The notes under the pieces are model-generated. The model was not told the origin of the DNA. It ran no database searches and saw only the letters and a program-made list of their open reading frames with translations. 64,000 nucleotides of DNA. Source: Eledone cirrhosa (taxonomy: Eukaryota). Positions 29,581 to 44,504 of the stretch are shown here, piece after piece. Within the stretch, counting starts at the first letter, position 1; each line of letters opens with the position of its first letter. The DNA lies in assembly GCA_964016885.1 (NCBI GenBank), contig OZ024752.1, forward strand, positions 34,534,001-34,598,000. Reading direction: 5' to 3'. Made by a program: the position numbers and the translations under genes.

Positions 29581-32500
29581 ACAGAGAGAACATGCACAGG
29601 GTTACTGAGAAGGGGCAATGGTAAGACAGAGAGAACATGTACAGGGTTACTGAGAAGGGGCAATGGTAAGACAGAGAGAACATGCACAGGGTTACTGAGA
29701 AGGGGCAATGGTAAGACAGAGAGAACATGCACAGGGTTACGGAGAAGGGGCAATGGTAAGACAGAGAGAACATGCACAGTGTTACTGAGAAGGGGAAATA
29801 GTAAGACAGAGAGAACATGCACTGGGTTACTGAGAAGGGGCAATGGTAAGACAGAGAGAACATGCACAGGGTTACTGAGAAGGGGCAATGGTAAGACAGA
29901 GAGAACATGCACAGGGTTACTGAGAAGGGGCAATGGTAAGACAGAGAGAACATGCACAGGGTTACTGAGAAGGGGCAATGGTAAGACAGAGAGAACATGC
30001 ACAGTGTTACTGAGAAGGGGAAATAGTAAGACAGAGAGAACATGCACTGGGTTACTGAGAAGGGGCAATGGTAAGACAGAGAGAACATGCACAGGGTTAC
30101 TGAGAAGAGGCAATGGTAAGACAGAGAGAACATGCACAGGGTTACTGAGAAAGGGCAATTGTAAGACAGAGAGAACATGCACAGGGTTACTGAGAAGAGG
30201 CAATGGTAAGACAGAGAGAACATGCACAGGGTTACTGAGAAGAGGCAATGGTAAGACAGAGAGAACATGCACAGGGTAACTGAGAAGAGGCAATGGTAAG
30301 ACAGAGAGAACATGCACAGGGTTACTGAGAAGGGGCAATGGTGAGACAGAGAGAACATGCACAGGGTTACTGAGAAGGGGCAATGGTAAGACAGAGAGAA
30401 CATGCACAGGGTTACTGAGAAAAGGCAATGGTAAGACAGAGAGAACATGCACAGTGTTACTGAGAAGGGGCAATGGTAAGACAGAGAGAACATGCACATG
30501 GTTACTGAGAAAAGGCAATGGTAAGACAGAGAGAACATGCACAGTGTTACTGAGAAGGGGCAATGGTAAGACAGAGAGAACATGCACAGGGTTACTGAGA
30601 AGGGCAATGGTAAGACAGAGAGAACATGCACAGTGTTACTGAGAAGGGGAAATGGTTAGACAGAGAGACCATGCACAGTGTTACTGTGAAGGGCAATGGT
30701 AACACAGAGAGAACATGCACAGTGTTACTGAGAAGGGCAATGGTAAGACAGAGAGAACATGCACAGTGTTACTGAGAAGGGCAATGGTAAGACAGAGAGA
30801 ACATGCACAGGGTTACTGAGAAGAGGCAATGGTAAGACAGAGAGAAGATGCACAGGGTTACTGAGAAGAAGCAATGGTAAGACAGAGAGAACATGCACAG
30901 GGTTACTGAGAAGGGGCAATGGTAAGACAGAGAGAACATGCACAGGGTAACTGAGAAGGGGCAATGGTAAGACAGAGAGAACATGCACAGGGTTACTGAG
31001 AAGGGGCAATGGTAAGACAGAGAGAACATGCACAGGGTTACTGAGAAAGGGGTAATTGTAAGACAGAGAGAACATGCACAATGTTACTGAGAAGGGGCAA
31101 TGGTAAGACAGAGAGAACATGCACAGGGTTACTGAGAAGGGGCAATGGTAAGACAGAGAGAACATGCACAGGGTTACTGAGAAGGGGCAATGGTAAGACA
31201 GAGAGAACATGCACAGGGTTACTGAGAAGAGGCAATGGTAAGACAGAGAGAACATGCACAGGGTTACTGAGAAGAGGCAATGGTAAGACAGAGAGAACAT
31301 GCACAGGGTTACTGAGAAGGGGCAAGGGTAAGACAGAGAGAACATGCACAGGGTTACTGAGAAGAGGCAATGGTAAGACAGAGAGAACATGCACAGTGTT
31401 ACTGAGAAGGGGCAATGGTAAGACAGAGAGAACATGCACAGGGTTACTGAGAAGAGGCAATGGTAAGACAGAGAGAACATGCACAGGGTTACTGAGAAGG
31501 GGCAATGGTAAGACAGAGAGAACATGCACAGGGTTACTGAGAAGGGGCAATGGTAAGACAGAGAGAACATGCACAGTGTTACTGAGAAGGGGCAATGGTA
31601 AGACAGAGAGAACATGCACAGGGTTACTGAGAAGAAGCAATGGTAAGACAGAGAGAACATGCACAGTGTTACTGAGAAGGGGCAATGATAAGACAGAGAG
31701 AACATGCACAGGGTTACTGAGAAGGGGCAATGGTAATACAGAGAGAACATGCACAGGGTTACTGAGAAGGGGGTAATTGTAAGACAGAGAGAACATGCAC
31801 AGGGTTACTGAGAAAGGGCAATGGTAAGACAGAGAGAACATGTACAGGGTTACTGAGAAGGGGGAATGGTAAGACAGAGAGAACATGCACAGTGTTACTG
31901 AGAAGGGGCAATGGTAAGACAGAGAGAACATGCACAGTGTTACTGAGAAGGGGCAATGGTAAGACAGAGAGAACATGCACAGGGTTACTGAGAAGAAGCA
32001 ATGGTAAGACAGAGAGAACATGCACAGTGTTACTGAGAAGGGGCAATGATAAGACAGAGAGAACATGCACAGGGTTACTGAGAAGGGGCAATGGTAATAC
32101 AGAGAGAACATGCACAGGGTTACTGAGAAGGGGGTAATGGTAAGACAGAGAGAACATGCACAGGGTTACTGAGAAAGGGCAATGGTAACACAGAGAGAAC
32201 ATGCACAGGGTTACTGAGAAGGTGCAATGATAAGACAGAGAGAACTTGCACAGGGTTACTGAGAAGGGGCAATGGTAAGACAGAGAGAACATGCACAGGG
32301 TTACTGAGAAGAGGCAATGGTAAGACAGAGAGAACATGCACAGGGTTACTGAGAAGAGGCAATGGTAAGACAGAGAGAACATGCACAGGGTTACTGAGAC
32401 GGGGCAATGGTAAGACAGAGAGAACATGCACAGGGTTACTGAGAAGGGGCAATGGTAAGACAGAGAGAACATGCACAGGGTTACTGAGAAGGGGCAATGG

Positions 32501-33312
32501 TAAGATAGAGAGAACATGCACAGGGTTACTGAGAAGGGGCAATGGTAAGACAGAGAGAACATGCACAGGGTTACTGAGAAAAGGCAATGGTAAGACAGAG
32601 AGAACATGCACAGGGTTACTGAGAAGGGGCAATGGTAAGACAGAGAGAACATGCACAGGGTTACTGAGAAGGGGCAATGGTAAGACAGAGAGAACATGCA
32701 CAGGGTTACTGAGAAGGGGCAATGGTAAGACAGAGAGAACATGCACAGGGTTACTGAGAAGGGGCAATGGTAAGACAGAGAGAACATGCACAGGGTTACT
32801 GAGAAGGGGCAATGGTAAGACAGAGAGAACATGCACAGGGTTACTGAGAAGGGGCAATGGTAAGACAGAGAAAACATGCACAGGGTTACTGAGAAAAGGC
32901 AATGGTAAGACAGAGAGAACATGCACAGGGTTACTGAGAAGGGGCAATGGTAAGACAGAGAGGACATGCACAGGGTTACTGAGAAGGGGCAATGGTAAGA
33001 CAGAGAGAACATGCACAGGGTTACTGAGAAGGGGCAATGGTAAGACAGAGAGAACATGCACAGGGTTACTGAGAAGGGGCAATGATAAGACAGAGAACAT
33101 GCACAGGGTTACTGAGAAGGGGCAATGGTAAGACAGAGAGAACATGCACAGGGTTACTGAGAAGGGGCAATGATAAGACAGAGAGAACATGCACAGGGTT
33201 ACTGAGAAGGGGCAATGGTAAGACGGAGAGAACCTGCACAGGGTTACTGAGAAGGGGCAATGGTAAGACAGAGAGAACATGCACAGGGTTACTGAGTAGG
33301 GGCAATGATAAC

Positions 33313-33532
33313 ACAGAGAGAACATGCACAGGGTTACTGCGAAGGGGAAAGAAGGGGCAATGATAAGACAGAGAGAACATGCACAGGGTTACTGCGAAGG
33401 GGAAAGAAGGGGCAATGATAAGACAGAGAGAACATGCACAGGGTTACTGCGAAGGGGAAAGAAGGGGCAATGATAAGACAGAGAGAACATGCACAGGGTT
33501 ACTGCGAAGGGAAAAGAAGGGGCAATGGTAAG
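33313..33532. repeat. 4 x 55-bp cassette (7 of 12)
   Basis: Four consecutive 55-bp units; the 4th has GGGTTAC rather than GGGATAC. Confidence 0.95.
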
Positions 33533-36500
33533 ACAGAGAGAACATGCACAGGGTTACTGAGAAGGGGCAATGGTAAGACAGAGAGAACATGTACAGGGTT
33601 ACTGAGAAGGGGCAATGGTAAGACAGAGAGAACATGCACAGGGTTACTGAGAAGGGGCAATGGTAAGACAGAGAGAACATGCACAGGGTTACGGAGAAGG
33701 GGCAATGGTAGACAGAGAGAACATGCACAGTGTTACTGAGAAGGGGAAATAGTAAGACAGAGAGAACATGCACTGGGTTACTGAGAAGGGGCAATGGTAA
33801 GACAGAGAGAACATGCACAGGGTTACTGAGAAGGGGCAATGGTAAGACAGAGAGAACATGCACACTGTTACTGAGAAGGGGAAATAGTAAGACAGAGAGA
33901 ACATGCACAGGGTTACTGAGAAGAGGCAATGGTAAGACAGAGAGAACATGCACAGGGTTACTGAGAAGGGGCAATGGTAAGACAGAGAGAACATGCACAG
34001 GGTTACTGAGAAAGGGCAATGGTAAGACAGAGAGAACATGCACAGGGTTACTGAGAAGGGGCAATGGTAAGACAGAGAGAACATGCACAGGGTTACTGAG
34101 AAGAGGCAATGGTAAGACAGAGAGAACATGCACAGGGTTACTGAGAAGGGGCAATGGTAAGACAGAGAGAACATGCACAGGGTAACTGAGAAGGGGCAAT
34201 GGTAAGACAGAGAGAACATGCACAGGGTTACTGAGAAGGGGCAATGGTAAGACAGAGAGAACATGCACAGGGTTACTGAGAAAGGGGTAATTGTAAGACA
34301 GAGAGAACATGCACAATGTTACTGAGAAGGGGCAATGGTAAGACAGAGAGAACATGCACAGGGTTACTGAGAAGGGGCAATGGTAAGACAGAGAGAACAT
34401 GCACAGGGTTACTGAGAAGGGGCAATGGTAAGACAGAGAGAACATGCACAGGGTTACTGAGAAGAGGCAATGGTAAGACAGAGAGAACATGCACAGGGTT
34501 ACTGAGAAGAGGCAATGGTAAGACAGAGAGAACATGCACAGGGTTACTGAGAAGGGGCAATGGTAAGACAGAGAGAACATGCACAGGGTTACTGAGAAGA
34601 GGCAATGGTAAGACAGAGAGAACATGTACAGGGTTACTGAGAAGGGGCAATGGTAAGACAGAGAGAACATGCACAGGGTTACTGAGAAGAGGCAATGGTA
34701 AGACAGAGAGAACATGCACAGGGTTACTGAGAAGAGGCAATGGTAAGACAGAGAGAACATGCACAGTGTTACTGAGAAGGGGCAATGGTAAGACAGAGAG
34801 AACATGCACAGGGTTACTGAGAAGAGGCAATGGTAAGACAGAGAGAACATGCACAGTATTACTGAGAAGGGGCAATGGTAAGACAGAGAGAACATGTACA
34901 GGGTTAATGAGAAGAGGCAATGGTAAGACAGAGAGAATATGCACAGTGTTACTGAGAAGGGGCAATGGTAAGACAGAGAGAACATGCACAGGGTTACTGA
35001 GAAAGGGCAATGGTAAGACAGAGAGAACATGTACAGGGTTACTGAGAAGGGCCAATGGTAAGAAAGAGAGAACATGCACAGTGTTACTGAGAAGGGGCAA
35101 TGGTAAGACAGAGAGAACATGCACAGGGTTACTGAGAAGGGGGAATGGTAAGACAGAGAGAACATGCACAGTGTTACTGAGAAGGGGCAATGGTAAGACA
35201 GAGAGAACATGCACAGGGTTACTGAGAAGAAGCAATGGTAAGACAGAGAGAACATGCACAGTGTTACTGAGAAGGGGCAATGATAAGACAGAGAGAACAT
35301 GCACAGGGTTACTGAGAAGAGGCAATGGTAAGACAGAGAGAACATGCACAGGGTTACTGAGAAGAGGCAATGGTAAGACAGAGAGAACATGCACAGGGTT
35401 ACTGAGAAGGTGCAATGATAAGACAGAGAGAACATGCACAGGGTTACTGAGAAAAGGCAATGGTAAGACAGAGAGAACATGCACAGGGTTACTGAGAAGA
35501 AGCAATGGTAAGACAGAGAGAACATGCACAGTGTTACTGAGAAGGGGCAATGATAAGACAGAGAGAACATGCACAGGGTTACTGAGAAGGGGCAATGGTA
35601 AGACAGAGAGAACATGCACAGGGTTACTGAGAAAAGGCAATGGTAAGACAGAGAGAACATGCACAGGGTTACTGAGAAAAGGCAATGGTAAGACAGAGAG
35701 AACATGCACAGGGTTACTGAGAAGAGGCAATGGTAAGACAGAGAGAACATGCACAGGGTTACTGAGAAGGTGCAATGATAAGAGAGAGAGAACATGCACA
35801 GGGTTACTGAGAAAAGGCAATGGTAAGACAGAGAGAACATGCACAGGGTTACTGAGAAGAAGCAATGGTAAGACAGAGAGAACATGCACAGTGTTACTGA
35901 GAAGGGGCAATGATAAGACAGAGAGAACATGCACAGGGTTACTGAGAAGGGGCAATGGTAAGACAGAGAGAACATGCACAGGGTTACTGAGAAAAGGCAA
36001 TGGTAAGACAGAGAGAACATGCACAGGGTTACTGAGAAGGGGCAATGGTAAGACAGAGAGCACATGCACAGGGTTACTGAGAAGGGGCAATGGTAAGACA
36101 GAGAGAACATGCACAGGGTTACTGAGAAAAGGCAATGGCAAGACAGAGAGAACATGCACAGGGTTACTGAGAAGAAGCAATGGTAAGACAGAGAGAACAT
36201 GCACAGTGTTACTGAGAAGGGGCAATGATAAGACAGAGAGAACATGCACAGGGTTACTGAGAAGGGGCAATGGTAAGACAGAGAGAACATGCACAGGGTT
36301 ACTGAGAAAAGGCAATGGTAAGACAGAGAGAACATGCACAGGGTTACTGAGAAAAGGCAATGGTAATACAGAGAGAACATGCACAGGGTTACTGAGAAGA
36401 GGCAATGATAAGACAGAGAGAACATGCACAGGGTTACTGAGAAGGGGCAATGGTAAGACAGAGAGAACATGCACAGGGTTACTGAGAAAAGGCAATGGTA

Positions 36501-39500
36501 AGACAGAGAGAACATGCACAGGGTTACTGAGAAGGGGCAATGGTAAGACAGAGAGCACATGCACAGGGTTACTGACAAGGGGCAATGGTAAGACAGAGAG
36601 AACATGCACAGGGTTACTGAGAAGGGGCAATGGTAAGACAGAGAGAACATGCACAGGGTTACTGAGAAAGGGCAATGGTAAGACAGAGAGGACATGCACA
36701 GGGTTACTGAGAAGGGGCAATGGTAAGACAGAGAGAACATGCACAGGGTAACTGAGAAGGGGCAATGGTAAGACAGAGAGAACATGCACAGGGTTACTGA
36801 GAAGGGGCAATGGTAAGACAGAGAGAACATGCACAGGGTTACTGAGAAAGGGGTAATTGTAAGACAGAGAGAACATGCACAATGTTACTGAGAAGGGGCA
36901 ATGGTAAGACAGAGAGAACATGCACAGGGTTACTGAGAAGGGGCAATGGTAAGACAGAGAGAACATGCACAGGGTTACTGAGAAGGGGCAATGGTAAGAC
37001 AGAGAGAACATGCACAGGGTTACTGAGAAGAGGCAATGGTAAGACAGAGAGAACATGCACAGGGTTACTGAGAAGAGGCAATGGTAAGACAGAGAGAACA
37101 TGCACAGGGTTACTGAGAAGGGGCAAGGGTAAGACAGAGAGAACATGCACAGTGTTACTGAGAAGGGCAATGGTAAGACAGAGAGAACATGCACAGGGTT
37201 ACTGAGAAGAGGCAATGGTAAGACAGAGAGAAGATGCACAGGGTTACTGAGAAGAGGCAATGGTAAGACAGAGAGAACATGCACAGGGTTACTGAGAAGG
37301 GGCAATGGTAAGACAGAGAGAACATGCACAGGGTAACTGAGAAGGGGCAATGGTAAGACAGAGAGAACATGCACAGGGTTACTGAGAAGGGGCAATGGTA
37401 AGACAGAGAGAACATGCACAGGGTTACTGAGAAAGGGGTAATTGTAAGACAGAGAGGACATGCACAATGTTACTGAGAAGGGGCAATGGTAAGACAGAGA
37501 GAACATGCACAGGGTTACTGAGAAGGGGCAATGGTAAGACAGAGAGAACATGCACAGGGTTACTGAGAAGGGGCAATGGTAAGACAGAGAGAACATGCAC
37601 AGGGTTACTGAGAAGAGGCAATGGTAAGACAGAGAGAACATGCACAGGGTTACTGAGAAGAGGCAATGGTAAGACAGAGAGAACATGCACAGGGTTACTG
37701 AGAAGAGGCAAGGGTAAGACAGAGAGAACATGCACAGGGTTACTGAGAAGAGGCAATGGTAAGACAGAGAGAACATGCACAGTGTTACTGAGAAGGGGCA
37801 ATGGTAAGACAGAGAGAACATGCACAGGGTTACTGAGAAGAGGCAATGGTAAGACAGAGAGAACATGCACAGGGTTACTGAGAAGGGGCAATGGTAAGAC
37901 AGAGAGAACATGCACAGGGTTACTGAGAAGGGGCAATGGTAAGACAGAGAGAACATGCACAGTGTTACTGAGAAGGGGCAATGGTAAGACAGAGAGAACA
38001 TGCACAGGGTTACTGAGAAGAAGCAATGGTAAGACAGAGAGAACATGCACAGTGTTACTGAGAAGGGGCAATGATAAGACAGAGAGAACATGCACAGGGT
38101 TACTGAGAAGGGGCAATGGTAATACAGAGAGAACATGCACAGGGTTACTGAGAAGGGGGTAATTGTAAGACAGAGAGAACATGCACAGGGTTACTGAGAA
38201 AGGGCAATGGTAAGACAGAGAGAACATGTACAGGGTTACTGAGAAGGGGGAATGGTAAGACAGAGAGAACATGCACAGTGTTACTGAGAAGGGGCAATGG
38301 TAAGACAGAGAGAACATGCACAGTGTTACTGAGAAGGGGCAATGGTAAGACAGAGAGAACATGCACAGGGTTACTGAGAAGAAGCAATGGTAAGACAGAG
38401 AGAACATGCACAGTGTTACTGAGAAGGGGCAATGATAAGACAGAGAGAACATGCACAGGGTTACTGAGAAGGGGCAATGGTAATACAGAGAGAACATGCA
38501 CAGGGTTACTGAGAAGGGGGTAATGGTAAGACAGAGAGAACATGCACAGGGTTACTGAGAAAGGGCAATGGTAACACAGAGAGAACATGCACAGGGTTAC
38601 TGAGAAGGTGCAATGATAAGACAGAGAGAACTTGCACAGGGTTACTGAGAAGGGGCAATGGTAAGACAGAGAGAACATGCACAGGGTTACTGAGAAGAGG
38701 CAATGGTAAGACAGAGAGAACATGCACAGGGTTACTGAGAAGAGGCAATGGTAAGACAGAGAGAACATGCACAGGGTTACTGAGACGGGGCAATGGTAAG
38801 ACAGAGAGAACATGCACAGGGTTACTGAGAAGGGGCAATGGTAAGACAGAGAGAACATGCACAGGGTTACTGAGAAGGGGCAATGGTAAGATAGAGAGAA
38901 CATGCACAGGGTTACTGAGAAGGGGCAATGGTAAGACAGAGAGAACATGCACAGGGTTACTGAGAAAAGGCAATGGTAAGACAGAGAGAACATGCACAGG
39001 GTTACTGAGAAGGGGCAATGGTAAGACAGAGAGAACATGCACAGGGTTACTGAGAAGGGGCAATGGTAAGACAGAGAGAACATGCACAGGGTTACTGAGA
39101 AGGGGCAATGGTAAGACAGAGAGAACATGCACAGGGTTACTGAGAAGGGGCAATGGTAAGACAGAGAGAACATGCACAGGGTTACTGAGAAGGGGCAATG
39201 GTAAGACAGAGAGAACATGCACAGGGTTACTGAGAAGGGGCAATGGTAAGACAGAGAAAACATGCACAGGGTTACTGAGAAAAGGCAATGGTAAGACAGA
39301 GAGAACATGCACAGGGTTACTGAGAAGGGGCAATGGTAAGACAGAGAGAACATGCACAGGGTTACTGAGAAGGGGCAATGATAAGACAGAGAGAACATGC
39401 ACAGGGTTACTGAGAAGGGGCAATGGTAAGACGGAGAGAACCTGCACAGGGTTACTGAGAAGGGGCAATGGTAAGACAGAGAGAACATGCACAGGGTTAC

Positions 39501-39520
39501 TGAGTAGGGGCAATGATAAC

Positions 39521-39740
39521 ACAGAGAGAACATGCACAGGGTTACTGCGAAGGGGAAAGAAGGGGCAATGATAAGACAGAGAGAACATGCACAGGGTTAC
39601 TGCGAAGGGGAAAGAAGGGGCAATGATAAGACAGAGAGAACATGCACAGGGTTACTGCGAAGGGGAAAGAAGGGGCAATGATAAGACAGAGAGAACATGC
39701 ACAGGGTTACTGCGAAGGGAAAAGAAGGGGCAATGGTAAG
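39521..39740. repeat. 4 x 55-bp cassette (8 of 12)
   Basis: Four consecutive 55-bp units; same type as cassette 7. Confidence 0.95.
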
Positions 39741-42700
39741 ACAGAGAGAACATGCACAGGGTTACTGAGAAGGGGCAATGGTAAGACAGAGAGAACATGT
39801 ACAGGGTTACTGAGAAGGGGCAATGGTAAGACAGAGAGAACATGCACAGGGTTACTGAGAAGGGGCAATGGTAAGACAGAGAGAACATGCACAGGGTTAC
39901 GGAGAAGGGGCAATGGTAGACAGAGAGAACATGCACAGTGTTACTGAGAAGGGGAAATAGTAAGACAGAGAGAACATGCACTGGGTTACAGAGAAGGGGC
40001 AATGGTAAGACAGAGAGAACATGCACAGGGTTACTGAGAAGGGGCAATGGTAAGACAGAGAGAACATGCACACTGTTACTGAGAAGGGGAAATAGTAAGA
40101 CAGAGAGAACATGCACAGGGTTACTGAGAAGAGGCAATGGTAAGACAGAGAGAACATGCACAGGGTTACTGAGAAGGGGCAATGGTAAGACAGAGAGAAC
40201 ATGCACAGGGTTACTGAGAAAGGGCAATGGTAAGACAGAGAGAACATGCACAGGGTTACTGAGAAGGGGCAATGGTAAGACAGAGAGAACATGCACAGGG
40301 TTACTGAGAAGAGGCAATGGTAAGACAGAGAGAACATGCACAGGGTTACTGAGAAGGGGCAATGGTAAGACAGAGAGAACATGCACAGGGTAACTGAGAA
40401 GGGGCAATGGTAAGACAGAGATAACATGCACAGGGTTACTGAGAAGGGGCAATGGTAAGACAGAGAGAACATGCACAGGGTTACTGAGAAAGGGGTAATT
40501 GTAAGACAGAGAGAACATGCACAATGTTACTGAGAAGGGGCAATGGTAAGACAGAGAGAACATGCACAGGGTTACTGAGAAGGGGCAATGGTAAGACAGA
40601 GAGAACATGCACAGGGTTACTGAGAAGGGGCAATGGTAAGACAGAGAGAACATGCACAGGGTTACTGAGAAGAGGCAATGGTAAGACAGAGAGAACATGC
40701 ACAGGGTTACTGAGAAGAGGCAATGGTAAGACAGAGAGAACATGCACAGGGTTACTGAGAAGGGGCAATGGTAAGACAGAGAGAACATGCACAGGGTTAC
40801 TGAGAAGAGGCAATGGTAAGACAGAGAGAACATGTACAGGGTTACTGAGAAGGGGCAATGGTAAGACAGAGAGAACATGCACAGGGTTACTGAGAAGAGG
40901 CAATGGTAAGACAGAGAGAACATGCACAGGGTTACTGAGAAGAGGCAATGGTAAGACAGAGAGAACATGCACAGTGTTACTGAGAAGGGGCAATGGTAAG
41001 ACAGAGAGAACATGCACAGGGTTACTGAGAAGAGGCAATGGTAAGACAGAGAGAACATGCACAGTGTTACTGAGAAGGGGCAATGGTAAGACAGAGAGAA
41101 CATGTACAGGGTTAATGAGAAGAGGCAATGGTAAGACAGAGAGAATATGCACAGTGTTACTGAGAAGGGGCAATGGTAAGACAGAGAGAACATGCACAGG
41201 GTTACTGAGAAAGGGCAATGGTAAGACAGAGAGAACATGTACAGGGTTACTGAGAAGGGCCAATGGTAAGAAAGAGAGAACATGCACAGTGTTACTGAGA
41301 AGGGGCAATGGTAAGACAGAGAGAACATGCACAGGGTTACTGAGAAGGGGGAATGGTAAGACAGAGAGAACATGCACAGTGTTACTGAGAAGGGGCAATG
41401 GTAAGACAGAGAGAACATGCACAGGGTTACTGAGAAGAAGCAATGGTAAGACAGAGAGAACATGCACAGTGTTACTGAGAAGGGGCAATGATAAGACAGA
41501 GAGAACATGCACAGGGTTACTGAGAAGAGGCAATGGTAAGACAGAGAGAACATGCACAGGGTTACTGAGAAGAGGCAATGGTAAGACAGAGAGAACATGC
41601 ACAGGGTTACTGAGAAGGTGCAATGATAAGACAGAGAGAACATGCACAGGGTTACTGAGAAAAGGCAATGGTAAGACAGAGAGAACATGCACAGGGTTAC
41701 TGAGAAGAAGCAATGGTAAGACAGAGAGAACATGCACAGTGTTACTGAGAAGGGGCAATGATAAGACAGAGAGAACATGCACAGGGTTACTGAGAAGGGG
41801 CAATGGTAAGACAGAGAGAACATGCACAGGGTTACTGAGAAAAGGCAATGGTAAGACAGAGAGAACATGCACAGGGTTACTGAGAAAAGGCAATGGTAAG
41901 ACAGAGAGAACATGCACAGGGTTACTGAGAAGAGGCAATGGTAAGACAGAGAGAACATGCACAGTGTTACTGAGAAGGTGCAATGATAAGACAGAGAGAA
42001 CATGCACAGGGTTACTGAGAAAAGGCAATGGTAAGACAGAGAGAACATGCACAGGGTTACTGAGAAGAAGCAATGGTAAGACAGAGAGAACATGCACAGT
42101 GTTACTGAGAAGGGGCAATGATAAGACAGAGAGAACATGCACAGGGTTACTGAGAAGGGGCAATGGTAAGACAGAGAGAACATGCACAGGGTTACTGAGA
42201 AAAGGCAATGGTAAGACAGAGAGAACATGCACAGGGTTACTGAGAAGGGGCAATGGTAAGACAGAGAGCACATGCACAGGGTTACTGAGAAGGGGCAATG
42301 GTAAGACAGAGAGAACATGCACAGGGTTACTGAGAAAAGGCAATGGTAAGACAGAGAGAACATGCACAGGGTTACTGAGAAGAAGCAATGGTAAGACAGA
42401 GAGAACATGCACAGTGTTACTGAGAAGGGGCAATGATAAGACAGACAGAACATGCACAGGGTTACTGAGAAGGGGCAATGGTAAGACAGAGAGAACATGC
42501 ACAGGGTTACTGAGAAAAGGCAATGGTAAGACAGAGAGAACATGCACAGCGTTACTGAGAAAAGGCAATGGTAAGACAGAGAGAACATGCACAGGGTTAC
42601 TGAGAAGAGGCAATGGTAAGACAGAGAGAACATGCACAGGGTTACTGAGAAGGGGCAATGATAAGACAGAGAGAACATGCACAGGGTTACTGAGAAGGGG

Positions 42701-43475
42701 CAATGGTAAGACAGAGAGAACATGCACAGGGTTACTGAGAAAAGGCAATGGTAAGACAGAGAGAACATGCACAGGGTTACTGAGAAGGGGCAATGGTAAG
42801 ACAGAGAGCACATGCACAGGGTTACTGAGAAGGGGCAATGGTAAGACAGAGAGAACATGCACAGGGTTACTGAGAAGGGGCAATGGTAAGACAGAGAGAA
42901 CATGCACAGGGTTACTGAGAAAGGGCAATGGTAAGACAGAGAGGATATGCACAGGGTTACTGAGAAGGGGCAATGGTAAGACAGAGAGTACATGCACAGG
43001 GTTACTGAGAAGGGGCAATGGTAAGACAGAGAGAACATGCACAGGGTTACTGAGAAAAGGCAATGGTAAGACAGAGAGAACATGCACAGGGTTACTGAGA
43101 AGGGGCAATGGTAAGACAGAGAGTACATGCACAGGGTTACTGAGAAGGGGCAATGGTAAGACAGAGAGAACATGCACAGGGTTACTGAGAAGGGGCAATG
43201 GTAAGACAGAGAGAACATGCACAGGGTTACTGAGAAGGGGCAATGATAAGACAGAGAGAACATGCACAGGGTTACTGAGAAGGGGCAATGGTAAGACAGA
43301 GAGGACATGCACAGGGTTACTGAGAAGGGGCAATGATAAGACAGAGAGAACATGCACAGGGTTACTGAGAAGGGGCAATGGTAAGACGGAGAGAACATGC
43401 ACAGGGTTACTGAGAAGGGGCAATGGTAAGACAGAGAGAACATGCACAGGGTTACTGAGTAGGGGCAATGATAAG

Positions 43476-43695
43476 ACAGAGAGAACATGCACAGGGTTAC
43501 TGCGAAGGGGAAAGTAGGGGCAATGATAAGACAGAGAGAACATGCACAGGGTTACTGCGAAGGGGAAAGAAGGGGCAATGATAAGACAGAGAGAACATGC
43601 ACAGGGTTACTGCGAAGGGGAAAGAAGGGGCAATGATAAGACAGAGAGAACATGCACAGAGTTACTGCGAAGGGGAAAGAAGGGGCAATGGTAAG
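43476..43695. repeat. 4 x 55-bp cassette (9 of 12)
   Basis: Four units; the 1st has AAAGTAGGGG and the 4th has AGAGTTAC. Confidence 0.95.
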
Positions 43696-44504
43696 ACAGA
43701 GAGAACATGCACAGGGTTACTGAGAAGGGGCAATGGTAAGACAGAGAGAACATGTACAGGGTTACTAAGAAGGGGCAATGGTAAGACAGAGAGAACATGC
43801 ACAGGGTTACTGAGAAGGGGCAATGGTAAGACAGAGAGAACATGCACAGGGTTACGGAGAAGGGGCAATGGTAGACAGAGAGAACATGCACAGTGTTACT
43901 GAGAAGGGGAAATAGTAAGACAGAGAGAACATGCACTGGGTTACTGAGAAGGGGCAATGGTAAGACAGAGAGAACATGCACAGGCTTACTGAGAAGGGGC
44001 AATGGTAAGACAGAGAGAACATGCTCAGGGTTACTGAGAAGGGGCAATGGTAAGACAGAGAGAACATGCACAGGGTTACTGAGAAGGGGCAATGGTAAGA
44101 CAGAGAGAACGTGCACAGGGTTACTGAGAAGGGGCAATGGTAAGTCAGAGAGAACATGCACAGGGTTACTGAGAAAAGGCAATGGTAAGACAGAGAGAAC
44201 ATGCACAGGGTTACTGAGAAGGGGCAATGGTAAGACAGAGAGAACATGCACAGGGTTACTGAGAAGGGGCAATGGTAAGACAGAGAGAACATGCACAGGG
44301 TTACTGAGAAGGGGCAATGGTAAGACAGAGAGAACATGCACAGGGTTACTGAGAAGGGGCAATGATAAGACAGAGAGAACATGCACAGGGTTACTGAGAA
44401 GGGGCAATGGTAAGACGGAGAGAACATGCACAGGGTTACTGAGAAGGAGCAATGGTAAGACAGAGAGAACATGCACAGGGTTACTGAGTAGGGGCAATGA
44501 TAAG

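Larger units (their letters stand above)
24400..30790. repeat. Three copies of a ~1.8-2.3 kb higher-order block (starts ~24400, ~26190, ~28500)
   Basis: Markers GTAAGAAAG, CTGTGAAGGGGGAAT, GAGGACATG-CTAGAGAAAAAGC, GAGTAGGGG and the 4x55-bp cassette repeat. ORF-track offsets are 1841 and 2242. Confidence 0.88.
30750..42970. repeat. Largest tandem duplication, ~6.2-6.4 kb (copies ~30750-36720 and ~37135-42970)
   Basis: Near-identical ORF-track entries occur at offsets 6386 (31038/37424) and 6208 (33434/39642; 34316/40524). Shared rare markers include GAAGATG, GCAAGGG, GAACTTG, GAGACGGGG, CACACTG, GAATATG and GGGCCAAT. Confidence 0.92.
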
